Assembly: GCA_030704615.1 (NCBI GenBank)
Contig: CM060733.1
Span: 5,828,001-5,892,000 of the forward strand
Direction: 5' to 3'
Length of the DNA: 64,000 nt
Source: Takakia lepidozioides
Taxonomy: Eukaryota > Plantae > Bryophyta
In this document: positions 47,850 to 60,605 of the stretch, piece by piece
Layout: every line of letters begins with the position of its first letter
Numbering within the stretch: the first letter of the stretch is position 1
Notes under the pieces: model-generated
The model's database searches: none
Seen by the model: the letters and a program-made list of their open reading frames with translations, nothing else
Told to the model about the DNA's origin: nothing
Translations under genes and position numbers: made by a program

Positions 47850-49351
47850 TGTAGTGTGAATGCACGGGAGTGACATTACATTTTGGCTTCACCGTTAAGA
47901 CCCTGCATCACTATAATGGGAGGGCCCTGATACCAACTGCAAGAGGGATATATCCCTCCATACAGGTAATTTTGTGGGCATACTGTACTCATGCGTTGCC
48001 AAAATAAAAATGGCTAAGTCGTGACCATGCATTTTTCATCCATGCGATGAACGTTTTCGTCACTGATGCTCAACCTAAAAATCGCGAGGAAAGAAGAACG
48101 AAGAGGAAGATGACGGGCGATTCGTAGCAGCTGCCGCGAGCTGTGGTGTTGACAGGGCAGTCTGTGTTGAGAGGTTGTACCTGCGCTGTGGGACTTCGCT
48201 TGGTTTAGATGGCAGCATTAAGTGCCTCTGCTTGGTATTCTGTGTAAAGGGAAGCGGTGCCGTCTTTCTCGTTGTGATGATCAATTCATGGAGATAGGAG
48301 CATGTAAGGAGAGCGGCGCACCACCGCTGCCGCCACTGTCTTGAAGATGACAGTTATGGGCAGATGAGCAAGCAAGGAGAACGGCCACCTGCTAGAAGCA
48401 CAAGGAAGAGAATCTGAGCACAATCAATGGAGGCGATAAGGCATGTGGAGTGCTGGCTGGATGGCAACACAGGTTATCTGTAATCAGGCTTCTAGCTGCT
48501 TTTTGTCTTCTTGCTATAGGTCCATTTCAGTTCTTAAAGAGCTACATGCATAGAAGAATAGAGCAATTTAGTTGGCAAACCACAGGATGCTCCATAGGAT
48601 GATGAGGAGACATCATGGCATGATAAACTCTGGAATCAAGACAAGGAGAAAAGGTTGTGGTGGCTGCTGACAGATGATGGTGAGGTGCCATCTGGGCAGG
48701 CTGACCCACCGCTTCACTGGAGGATAAAAACAGATAAGTTGGTAGACTGTGGGCTTCTTCTTTTGGGCGGACTTAGAAATCGCTTTTGGTAGATTTAGGA
48801 CTGCCCTTTTTGTTGAAAGGAAAGGGTGGAGACATGTGATAGAGGAAAGGTTTTTGGAAATGGAATGGAGACTCTGGACTTCAAACCAGAACATGGAAGG
48901 AATGGATACACCTGCTGTCGTAGTGTCAGTAAGAAAAATGAGTGAAGAGAGAGAGAGAGAGACTGTTGTCACAGAAAACAGAATGGTCACTGTTGTCTTC
49001 ATTCTTGTTCTTGTTTCAGTGTTGTAAACCTGCACACAATGTTGCTGGGGGGTAGTGATACACTGGACCCAATGTAGATATAGCTTGTTTGCTTGGAGAG
49101 ATAATTGAGGGTTAGCTGGAACTGTATGAAAACACAAAAGGGATAAGGTGTGATTTCAGCATTGTATCAGGATATGAACGACTTAAGCCCTTTTGTTGAA
49201 AGGAAAAGAGAGATGTTGGGGTATTCAGGTTGAATCTGAAGAAGGGATGAGAAAGAGAACGCTCCTTTCCTTTGCCCTAATACTTCAACAGGGACGAGTA
49301 GGAGGAGTACAGATTTAGGATTAACCAGAAGGGGATTCACGCCCCTTCTTT
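47850..49351 (+). repeat. 5' LTR (lacks a 710-bp block and the terminal CACACTACA)
   Basis: Alignment by eye to 55942-58157. Confidence 0.93.
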
Positions 49352-49363
49352 TGGTATCAGAGC
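49352..49363 (+). promoter_or_regulatory. PBS tRNA-iMet TGGTATCAGAGC
   Basis: Canonical 12-mer. Confidence 0.92.
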
Positions 49364-49803
49364 TGATGTTAAATCTTGATTTCTACTAGCTAGGGATCTT
49401 GACTGGTATTGGATGGTTTGATGGCAGGAAGAGACCACACACTGATTCCTGATGAACCAAGCATTGGAGATGTGCTGATTTGCTTCAGCAGACGCACACC
49501 AAATGCACACGCAGACCCTTGTTTGTACTTCTTCAACCCTGCTTGGAGAATAACGAATGGTGATTTATGTCTTAGAGTGATACATACTGGTGGAAGAACA
49601 ACCATAGCACTTTGGATAAGAGAGTTAGGAAGGTGGGTGAAGATAAATACCATGGCACGAGAGGTGACATGGGGAGGTAGAGTAGAGATGTTGCGAAATG
49701 GTCAGTGGGAGTGGTATAGAGGTCAACATTAAGGGAGTTGCAGGAAAATTAGAGTCAGAATTAGGTGTTGAAACAGTTTGAACTTCGACTAGAGTATAGA
49801 AGA

Positions 49804-52800
49804 ATGACCAGTCCAACTAGCATAGATGTGCCTTATCATGGGAGGAATAGTGAGGATGTGAATGACTGGCTGGAAAGAATTCAGATGGAGGCAGATGTAA
49901 GGGATTTAAATGAGGACAAAACTTTCAAAGTAGCAAGGCTCAACCTGAGAGCCAAGGCTGATGAATGGTACCGCAAACAAAACCCTAGGCCAGACAACTG
50001 GGAAGATTTCAGGGCAGCCATTTCAGCCAAGTTTGGTATCATTGACTTGGCAGAAATCAGGCTAAGAATGGATACCATCAAACAGGAGAGTAGACAAAAG
50101 GTTCAAACATACTTCGATAGGTTGAACCGGTTATTTATAAGAAGTGGGGCGTCTGATTTGGAACAGAGGCGTAGATTTGCAGCAGGTTTGAGACCAGAAA
50201 TAGCAAGAGTAATGCTGGGCAGGCGCTTCCTTGATGTAGAGGAAGCACTTGACACAGCCATTGAGATTGAAAGGGGCCTGGGAAAGTTAGGGGAAATACC
50301 TCTAGAGCCATTGGAAGGAGATGATACAGATGAGTCAGTTGTGTTTGTTAACCCTGTGGACAGAAGACTTGATCAGCTGAACACTACCCTACAGAAGTAC
50401 TTTGATAGGGGACCAGTCATAGGAGAAAGCTCGGGATCTAGAACACCACCTCGTGTTCGCCTTTGTAATGTTTGTCACAAAGAAGGTCACATAGCTGCAT
50501 ATTGTCCTGAAGGAAGAACCCCAGCTAAGTGTGACAAATGTCACCGGTTCGGGCATTCCACGGAAATGTGTGGTGTGAGATGCAACTTTTGCAAGCTACT
50601 CGGGCATACGGAGAGTGAGTGCAGTAGAAAACTCGACCAGACTATGAGGGGAACTCCGGGAACTAACTTTGTAGATGTGTTCTATGATGATGAGGATGAT
50701 GTACTCGCAGAAATGACAAATCTGATGTCACAAAATAGTATCAATGAAGTCAGACTTCCAAGGACACGTATCCCTGTCCAGAGTCCGATTGTTGAACCTA
50801 CAGGGTCACCAGAAAGGAATAGTGAGAGCAGTGAACAGCCAAGCAGGACCAAGGGTGAAATCTACCCAAAGAACAATTTCAAGACTGCCATAGAAGGAGG
50901 TACGAAATCTAGAATCTTGAACCACTTCTACAAAGGGAGAATCTCGTTGTCTCCCATGGATCTAATCATGACTGTGCCCGGAGAGCTAGACAAATTGAAA
51001 GGGCTGGTCAAAGTGGTGGAAAGGGCAATGGTACAACAAAGGGAGACAACTCACAGTGTAGAAGTTGTGAGGGATGTACCAAGACCTTTGTACTCAGCAC
51101 ACGCTGAACCCACAATCTCATATGCTTATACTGGTAAAGTAAAGGCACTTCATGTGATGATTACAATGGGAGATTACCAAGTATTAGGCCAGATTGACAC
51201 AGGTGCCATGTTCTCAGTAATATCCGCGAGTACTGTAAGGGATCTTGGTCTGATGGGATCTGTCATTACTAGTAAGGATGTAAATTACAGAGTAGCCTCT
51301 GGTGCTCTTGAGACTGCAATGGGCAGACTTGAGGACATCAAGGTCAAAGTAGGAGAGCTGACCAATCGTTTGTCCTTTATGGTGGTGAACACGGATACAT
51401 ATCACATGCTGCTGGGATTAGACTTTCTCAAAAAGTTTGGTGCTGTAGTTGATACCGAAGCTGAAACAATTCGAGTGCGCTATGGGCCAGGAAAGGATTT
51501 TGCTCACTTCCCTTTGCACACCATAAATTATAATGAGCCTGCAGTTACCAAAACGGCCTACCATAGAGGGGTCGAGAGCAGAGTGCGGTATGCAGGCAGT
51601 ACGTCTGCAGGTAATGTCTTAACCCTGACGTCAGATGAACAGTACTTAGGCTTGTGGGAGAAGAAAAGAAAACCAGAGGAAGAATATGAGGACACGGAGG
51701 AATCATCCTCAGGTTCTGACACCTCTCAATATGATAAAGGTGAGGAGATGGGAGGCTCTGAGGAGAGTAAGGAGGTAGAAACAGCACTGAGGGATGTTGA
51801 GGAAATAATAGACGATGTCAACCTAGGGGAGGACTTGTTCGAGGACCAAGGGATGTCTGAACTCCTTCAGGAAGAGACCCATAAAAGCATGGCTGCTGCC
51901 ATAATACAGGAAGCTTACCAGAAAGCTTGGAATGGTGAACTAGGGAACAACAACCTAGAAATAGAGGATGACTTCCATGATTGGAATCAGGTTGTCACAC
52001 AAGAGGAAGGACAGAGAATGGCTAACTCTGTGAGCCAGGTGGAGGGAAAGAGTTGGGAACCCAGTCAAAAGGAAGAAATGGAGAGTCGTTGGAGAAGTCT
52101 GAAATCCAGACTGCACATCAACCCAGAACTGGCCCCAGAACATAGGATAGAGCTGGAGCAAGAGCTGAAAGCAAGCCAGGAATGTTTTGCTCTTAGCAAG
52201 GCTGACTTGGGATACTGCAATGAGGTGGAACACACAATTGACACACAAGGTTTTCCCCCTTGCAGAAGTCGTCCCAGCCGCCTATCAGAGTGGGAGGAAA
52301 ACGAGGTCCAAGGACAAATTGAGACTTTGATCTCACAAGGCAAGATGAGAGAGAGTAGCTCATAATGGTCGTGTCCAGTTACCCTTCCACCAAAAAAGGA
52401 TGGATCCAAGCGGTTTTGTGGTGATTTTAGGCCAGTAAACCGTTTGACCAGAAGGGACTCTTACCCTATGCCATTAATTCAAGATGTTTTAAACCAGTTG
52501 GGGAAAGCCAAGTGGTTTTCTGCGCTGGATTTACAATCTGGTTTTTGGCAGATCAAAATGGACGACCGAGACATAAGCAAAACAACAGTGATCACAAAGA
52601 AGGGATTGTATGATGGCTAGTCATGCCATTCGGGCTAAAAAATGCCACTGCTACCTTTCAGAGAACAATGAATAGGGTACTCAAGGAAGAAATCAAAGAT
52701 TGCGCTAAAGTTTTTGTAGATGACGTCAATATCCATAGCAAGGACTGGGGAGATCACGTGGGACATATAAAGAGAGTACTGAGCAAGGTTAGAAAGGCCA

Positions 52801-55800
52801 ATCTTAGGCTCAATCCGGACAAGTGTTACTTTGCCAACTTACAGTTGGTATTCCTTGGGCATGTGATCTCTGAAGAGGGAACGTGGCCTGATCCAGATAA
52901 GATAGCTGTTATTGAAAGGTTTCCCTTGCCCAAAAACCACACTGCTCTCAAAAGCTACTTAGGCATGACAGGGTACTATAGGCCCTATGTCAAAGGATAT
53001 GCTGGAGTGGCAGTACCCTTGTTCACTCTAACCAAGAAGGATGTGAAGTTTATCTGGAGTGCAGAGGCACAAAACGCCTTTTCTGCCTTACAGGTGAAGT
53101 TGGTAACTGCTCCCATCCTGGCAAGACCAGATTTCTCAAGACCGTTCGTCTTGGATGTTGACTGGTCCATCAAAGGAGTAGGGGCAGTCTTGTCACAAAA
53201 GGAGTATAAAAAGGAGAGGGTCATTGCATACGCCAGTAAGGTACTATCTGATGCTCAGCGCAAATATCACCCTATGGAGGGTGAATGCTATGCCTTGGTA
53301 TGGGGAGTATTACACTTTAGGCAGTACCTGTATGGAACCCCTTTTGTAATCAGGACTGATCACAAACCGCTGGAGTGGTTGGCAACGGTAAGTGACGCAT
53401 ATGGACGCAGGGGTAGATGGATCATGATGTTACAAGATTTTGAGTTTAAAATTGTTCACAGAGCGGGTGCTAGGCATGCTAACGTAGATGCACTAAGCAG
53501 GTATCCAGTGGGACCAGCTGAGGAAACCGAGGAAATCGAGGTATACTCTACTTCTCTGTACAGTCAGAAAAGAGAAGGGAGAAAGAGGGATGGAGCCTAT
53601 CTTCTTAAGCTAGCTTGGGATAGGGGTGCCATCAATGCTTCGTTATTTCAATTTAAGGAGGGTAAGGAGGAGTGAGAGAAGAAGCTCATAGGCAAGTAGG
53701 GTATAGCAGTGAAAAAGGGGAGATGATTTGCAAGAGAGAAGAGTACTATGCATGTGTATGGGGCCTTTGGCACTTCAAGAAAATACTGTTGGGAAGTCAT
53801 TTTTCTTTGGAAACAGATCTAGATCCATATTGGTGGCTGTACTCGGAGCACCACATAGGCATAGACTTACTTGGTGACTTTTCATTTGAGTTCGTTCCGG
53901 GCATAGTAAGATCTTCCACAGGTGGAATGTTGACCAAGGCTCATGGCATATTGAAGGGAGAACTGAAACCAGGCATAATGCCAGATGGAGAAGAAAAGAG
54001 GGTGACTTTTGCTGCACAGACTTTTGCTACAAAAAAAAAAACAAGGAAAGGGTATTGATCAATCAAGCTCTGTCAATCTGGTAAGGGAGGGTATTTGGAA
54101 GGATAAGGGTGCAGGAAGGATAGAGGCTCCTGCAATCAGCAACAAGGAAAGGGAGCATCTGATGCCCTCTTGTCCCACCATCCATGTGATTACCCGAGGA
54201 TCTCGTGCTCGTGATAAGGAGCTAAGCGAGGTACATCCAGCCTGTGACCTTGTGGAAGAGCGATCGAACAATGAAAAAGGAAGCTTGCAAGAGACACCAT
54301 TCCTTCAACACTTGACAAGCACTCCAACAACAAGAAGAACGCGGGTGACTTCCTCATCAGAATGCCCAGCCAGGGAAAACATGGGGGGTGAGTGTTCCAC
54401 CAAGACGTTTTGTTCTTCAGACAATGATGGAACAAGTGGTTCAGAACAAGACACTTCTTCTTGCAACAAGATTGATGAAGGGGACTGGGTACCATGGACC
54501 GCACCCACCAAAGCTACTCAGATGTCATTATTACGTGAGGCTGAAAGATGGGGGAAAAAGTCTCTCATCAGCTCTGACCATCATACAGCAGCTGTTAAGG
54601 AGGAAAGGCAACCTGATGTGCTTGATGATGTGGAAGTCATGCACCTCTTATGTTTTGGAGAAGTCAATGACTACCTGACAAAAGAGGAGAGCAAGAGAGC
54701 CAAGAGGCGGGCAAGGCAGTACTCCTATCTCAAAGGTGAGGTCTACTTTGATGGAAGGGTAGTTCCACCAAGAACTGATAGAGGGGCAATAATCACTGAA
54801 GTACATGAAGCCACTGGCCACTTTGGAGTCAGAAGAACACAAGAGGAGATATGCCGACGTTATTCTGGCATGATAGAACAAAACTCATCAGGCAAGTACT
54901 CAAGGGCTGTGGTAAATGTCAGATGGCCAAACAAAACGGAGTGTTGCGCTCAGGTAGCTCAAAACTTCACAGCATTCCAGTAGTGGATCTGTTTTTCAGA
55001 GTTGCAATTGACACGGCAGGACCATTACCTATAACCAGCAGGGGCAATCAGTACTTTCTGGTGGCAATCGATCACTTCTCAAAATGGATAGAAGCTGCAC
55101 CAGTGGCAGATCATACAGCAGCCCTTGCTGCCCGCTTTCTTGAGGAAGAAGTAATTGACAGGTATAGCTGCCCACATACGTTGCTCACTGACAATGGCAC
55201 AGAGTGGGGAGGTGAGTTTGAAGATACATGCCGCGAATACGGTATAAAGAGGGAGCATAGCGCCCCCTACTGGCCTCAGTGTAACGGTATGGTGGAAAGG
55301 GTCATTAAGTCTCTCAAACAGAGCATCACCACCCTAGGAGTTGGAAACGACACTGAGTGGGATCAGAATCTCTATAAAGCCCTGTTTGGTTACAGAATGG
55401 GTGTCCATGCTTCCACTGGATTCTCACCTTTTCAGGTACTTACTGGTAGAATTCCAAGGCTGGGAATTGACAACAGGTTGCATTTTCTTACAACACCAGT
55501 AAATTCTGATGGATCTGTAGCAGAGGTCACACTTATGATGCAGCAGAAAATCCAGCTTCTCACAGAGATGAAGGCAAAGCTGCGAAAAAGTGTGAAGAAA
55601 GGGCAACGTCAATAGGCAAGAGATTATGAAAGGAGGCATCAAACTGGGCATACCTACTGCAAGTTGATGGAAAACAGCAAGGTTATGATGTTGAGGCCTG
55701 GAAAGAGATCTTCCATGACATCTCCATGGGAGGGACCTTATGACTTTTTGGGGTACAAAGATGCAGGAAACACCACAAGGACAGGGGAAGCTGCACGCAG

Positions 55801-55921
55801 ATGCAGGCTAAGAGATGGGGCAAACAATGAATGGGTAAGAAGTAGGAGGGACTTGAAACCCTTCATACCACCAGTGGGTGATCAGCCAGTGAAGGTGGTC
55901 AGTGAGGACCCTGACACTTAA
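49804..55921 (+). pseudogene. gag-pol: gag-PR-RT-RH-(RH')-INT polyprotein with a few stops and frameshifts
   Basis: Three CCHC knuckles, IDTGA protease, FVDD RT, VDWS RNase H, IDTAG/TDNG/VERV integrase, WEGPY. Confidence 0.93.
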
Positions 55922-55941
55922 AAAGGGAGACACACTACATA

Positions 55942-58157
55942 TGTAGTGTGAATGCACGGGAGTGACATTACATTTTGGCTTCACCGTTAAGACCCTGCAT
56001 CACTATAATGGGAGGGCCCTGATACCAACTGCAAGAGGGATATATCCCTCCATACAGGTAATTTTGTGGGCATACTGTACTCATGCGTTGCCAAAATAAA
56101 AATGGCTAAGTCGTGACCATGCATTTTTCATCCATGCGATGAACGTTTTCGTCACTGATGCTCAACCTAAAAATCGCGAGGAAAGAAGAACGAAGAGGAA
56201 GATGACGGACGATTCGTAGCAGCTGCCGCGAGCTGTGGTGTTGACAGGGCAGTCTGTGTTGAGAGGTTGTACCTGCGTTGTGGGACTTCGCTTGGTTTAG
56301 AGGGCAGCATTAAGTGCCTCTGCTTGGTATTCTGTGTAAAGGGAAGCGGTGCCGTCTTTCTCGTTGTGATGATCAATTCATGGAGATAGGAGCATGTAAG
56401 GAGAGCGGCGCACCACCGCTGCCGCCACTGTCTTGAAGATGACAGTTATGGGCAGATGATCAAGCAAGGAGAACGGCCACCTGCCAGAAGCACAAGGAAG
56501 AGAATCTGAGCACAATCAATGGAGGCGATAAGGCATGTGGAGTGCTGGCTGGATGGCAACACAAGTTATCTGTAATCAGGCTTCTAGCTGCTTTTTGTCT
56601 TCTTGCTATAGGTCCATTTCAGTTCTTAAAGAGCTACATGCATAGAAGAATAGAGCAATTTAGTTGGCAAACCACAGGATGCTCCATAGGATGATGAGGA
56701 GACATCATGGCATGATAAACTCTGGAATCAAGACAAGGAGAAAAGGTTGTGGTGGCTGCTGACAGGCGATGGTGAGGTGCCATCTTGGCAGGCTGACCCA
56801 CCGCTTCACTGGAGGATAAAAACAGATAAGTTGGTAGACTGTGGGCTTCTTCTTTTGGGCGGACTTAGAAATCGCTTTTGGTAGATTTAGGACTGCCCTT
56901 TTTGTTGAAAGGAAAGGGTGGAGACATGTGATAGAGGAAAGGTTTTTGGAAATGGAATGGAGACTCTGGACTTCAAACCAGAACATGGAAGGAATGGATA
57001 CACCTGCTGTCGTAGTGTCAGTAAGAAAAATGAGTGAAGAGAGAGAGAGAGAGACTGTTGTCACAGAAAACAGAATGGTCACTGTTGTCTTCATTCTTGT
57101 TCTTGTTTCAGTGTTGTAAACCTGCACACAATGCTGTTGGGGGGTAGTGATACACTGGACCCAATGTAGATATAGCTTGTTTGCTTGGAGAGATAATTGA
57201 GCTGGAACTGTATGAAAACACAAAAGGGATAAGGTGTGATTTCAGCATTGTATCAGGATATGAACGACTTAAGCCCTTTTGTTGAAAGGAAAAGAGAGAT
57301 GTTGGGGTATTCAGGTTGAATCTGAAGAAGGGATGAGAGCTGTTTTGGGAAATGGGATCTTTTAAAAGAAAAGGGTAGTGTGAAGGGTTGAGTATTGACA
57401 GAGAGAAGAGAGAGAGAGATAGAGAGACTGATGAAAGGGATGGTTTTGCCTTGTGAGACCAATGATGACTTCAAGGCTGGCTGCACTGGATGCCTGGCGG
57501 AGTGTGCATTTGCATTACGTGATAGATGGGCTGTATGTGAAGAAGTAAGGAGCCTGTAGACATAGACAGAGATAGAGAAACAGACGAGAAAAAGAAAAGA
57601 GAGAGAGAGAGAGAGCTGCTCAGCAAAAGGGGTTGATGGGGGGATGGCCAACTTGGAGAGATTGAGATGAAGAAAGCATGAATCCTGAAGGAAAACCAGT
57701 GCCCCTGCAGTTTATGAAGATCTGAGCTGTCTCCCTCTAAATATGTGTCACCATTACAAAAATGGGATTTCCGACATGTCACTGCTCAAAGGGGGTTCAC
57801 ATTAAGGGTCGTATTCACCGCTGCCATTGGGCTGCTTGCATCACAGAAAAGATCGCGCCAACACTGTTGGCGCAGTGAGCATAGGGCCAGGCTGTTGCAT
57901 AGAAGTAGAACCGAGGGCAAGAACAAACCAAAGACTCCTATCCATGTCTTCTCTTCCGCTGCGGCGTGGATGAGGATTCCGCAAACTCTGATCACGAACG
58001 AACCTGAGGGAAAAACCCATATAGCCTCATGACGATGGTTGGACAGAAAAGAGAACGCTCCTTTCCTTTGCCCTGATACTTCAACAGGGACGAGTAGGAG
58101 GAGTACAGATTTAGGATTAACCAGAAGGGGATTCACGCCCCTTCTTTTCACACTACA
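55942..58157 (+). repeat. 3' LTR, 2216 bp, TGTAGTGTG...CACACTACA
   Basis: Perfect terminal inverted repeats. Confidence 0.95.
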
Positions 58158-59033
58158 TGTTCTTCTTCATTCTGTAAAAATATCAAAATGTCGTCCAAAT
58201 AGATGACTACAAAGTCATCTAAAAATTCTCGAAAGATGTCATTCATCATATGCTGGAAAAATTGCTGGAGCATTCGTACGACCGAAAGGCATAACACTGT
58301 ATTCAAAATGTCCGTACCTTGTTCGATTTTTTTTTTTTTTTCTATTCGTCTCCTTCTTTTATCTGTACAAGGTTATAAGCTGTTCTCAAGTCAATTTTGG
58401 TGAAAATCTTTGTTCGTCCCAGCTGGTCGATAAGCCCCAAACTAGAGATACAAGACTAGACAAGAAGTCAAGGTCGGCGTGGCCGAATGCATGATGGGTA
58501 TACATGAATCAAGATGATCTTTATAACAATGGAGAAGAGTACAAGATACTGGAACTCGACTTGATTACTGGAGTGTTGGAAATTGGACTGGAGTACCAGA
58601 TACTGGAAACTGGACTAGAGTACTGGAAGTTGGACTGGAGTACTGGAACTGGAAACAAGAGTAGCTTGAACTTGTGTTGGTGAGACTGAAGAGTGTCTAG
58701 TCTCGCCTCCTATATATACTGGCTACTAGGAAGTTCCCTAAGAAGCTTCCCCAATGGAGGTTTCTTGATGGAGAAGTTTCTAAGGTTAAACAAAGGTTTC
58801 TTGGTGGAGAAGTTTCCTTAAACAAAGGAGAAGTTTCTTCCAAAGGAAGTTTCCTGAGCAGTTTTCAAGTTACTCTCGATAATTTGGTAAACTCCCAGTA
58901 ATTTGGTAACTAATGGTAACTCATGGTAGACCATGGTAAATTATGGTAAATTATGATAACTTCCGGTAACATGGTAACTTGGTAACTTCTGGTATTTACT
59001 CCTGATAAGTTTCTATGGGCTATGTCCGTGACA
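58158..59033 (-). mobile_element. Remainder of the Tcn1-like element: RT N-terminal part (58158-58440) fused by deletion to its 5' LTR (starts TGTCACGG at 59033)
   Basis: [13 protein letters not shown]..., [18 protein letters not shown]. The LTR has a TATA box and ACTGGA / GGTAA(C) repeat tracts. Confidence 0.82.
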
Positions 59034-59844
59034 ACTGCAATAGGCATGTACCCTAGACACCACTACCCTATTTACTACATCCCTCTGGTTACCCGGTGTC
59101 CCCTGGACACCTGTTTTCTTTATAGGGCCCACCCCCGAAAGGGGGCAGTAGTCGTATGGCGAAGTGGCTCTTAGTTACACCGGCTTTGGCCGGAGTTTTT
59201 TTTTTCTCTAAACCAATTAAATATATTTCCAATCATTGAAAGTTGCAAGAACATTTGAAACCAAAGAATATGGTCCAAACACAAATTATAGATACAATGT
59301 ACCTTAAAATAGGAGCAGAATGCACATGATCATGTCTAGGTCTTTCTTCAATGCATTCATGTCATGAGTCATTGCCTCTACACTCTCTGCATGTGTGAGT
59401 GGTTGATGTGGAGGTGCCATAGCATTTCACATAAATACGCCACTAACAAACTCTCGACTTTGTACCTCAGTAATCTGCAGTTCTTCTAGAACATCACAAT
59501 ATTTTCTTTTCTTTCAATCTTTAAAGGATTGAGCAATAATAGTCATTACAATCATATCTCTATGGATAGTTGGTCATACATCTTGTATGATTGTTCATCA
59601 TGATGATTTGTAATTGTTATCCGAACTGTTGCCGGAATTTGAGTTTGTATCATCCTATAGGATGCAGAACATATGTGGTGAACAATGGAAAAAAATGAAT
59701 GATTGAAGCTAGAAAGAATTTGCAATGCCAATTAAATGCAAGCGCGAAAGATAGAAAATGAACAAGATTGGATAGGCGAGAGGGTCAGCTGTATCCACCC
59801 ACACAATTGCCCAAAGAGTAGCTTAGGGAGTCGTAGTGGGGGTG

Positions 59845-60000
59845 ACATAGGACTCACCATGAGGCTGAGGCCTTGTGGTGGGAGTCATGGGGAGTCTTGG
59901 GACTCAACACGGTCCATTGGGGCCGTGGTGGGTGGGCCAAGACTCACCGCGACTCATCATAGGGAGTCAAGGGTCATTTGGACTCTGTTGTAGGACTATT
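59845..60000. repeat. Cluster of GGACTC/GAGTC motifs in both orientations
   Basis: About 9 copies; similar core to 9570-10005. Confidence 0.5.
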
Positions 60001-60605
60001 GTTGTGTAATCACAATTATGACTAATCACACCCGTTATCGTCTTAATCCACTACAGTAAATGATTTAATTCAGTAAGTTGCTGCAATAACTTTCTGATAA
60101 ATTATGCCAGTCCATGTCCCTACTTTGGCTAACTTGTCAAAATGAATGTGCTCCAGATTGTCTTTGCCCATGATGCCTCGAAGTACCAAGAATCCCAGCT
60201 CCAATGTTATTCCGATCAATGAAACCAAAGTTATTGGATTTCGAATAGGTTGAAGAAAAAAACGTTGATCAACATTTGCATCATCTTTGAAGGGGAGGTG
60301 ATAAACAAATTGTTTGTATATGAAAGCAACGTCTCGATCTAACACTTTATAAGAAGAGCCCAATTTGCACAATCCATTTTTTTTCACGTCATTTACTGAG
60401 TGGATAAGTGTGTTCTATCCCCTCTTGAAAAAAGTAAACAACTCAAACTTAGTAGGCTCAAATATTGCAGCCATGCATAATGTTTATAGCTAACCAACTC
60501 TTCCCCGGGGTCAGTTTCTGGCCCCATGGACCGGGCTGAATGATGTACACAGACAATTCAACTTAGTTCTTGATGGTATCCATGCTTGCATGCAAGATAA
60601 TTTAT

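Larger units (their letters stand above)
47850..58157 (+). mobile_element. Full-length Ty3/gypsy non-chromovirus element related to the DNMT family (no DNMT or PHD), 4-bp TSD TGTT
   Basis: LTRs at 47850-49351 and 55942-58157 (~99% identical where shared), PBS 49352-49363, PPT 55920-55930. Removing the element plus one TGTT restores the host RT frame [23 protein letters not shown]. Confidence 0.95.

Noticed and set aside
48613-49137. 174-aa and 92-aa ORFs repeated at 56.7-57.2 kb
   Set aside because: They lie in the LTRs over GA-rich low-complexity sequence and are repeated only because the LTRs are.
60070-60387. FIYKQFV motif as an additional DNAAF6 exon
   Set aside because: It lies downstream of the stop; the true exon (YDFVYKQAV) is at 61319-61373.
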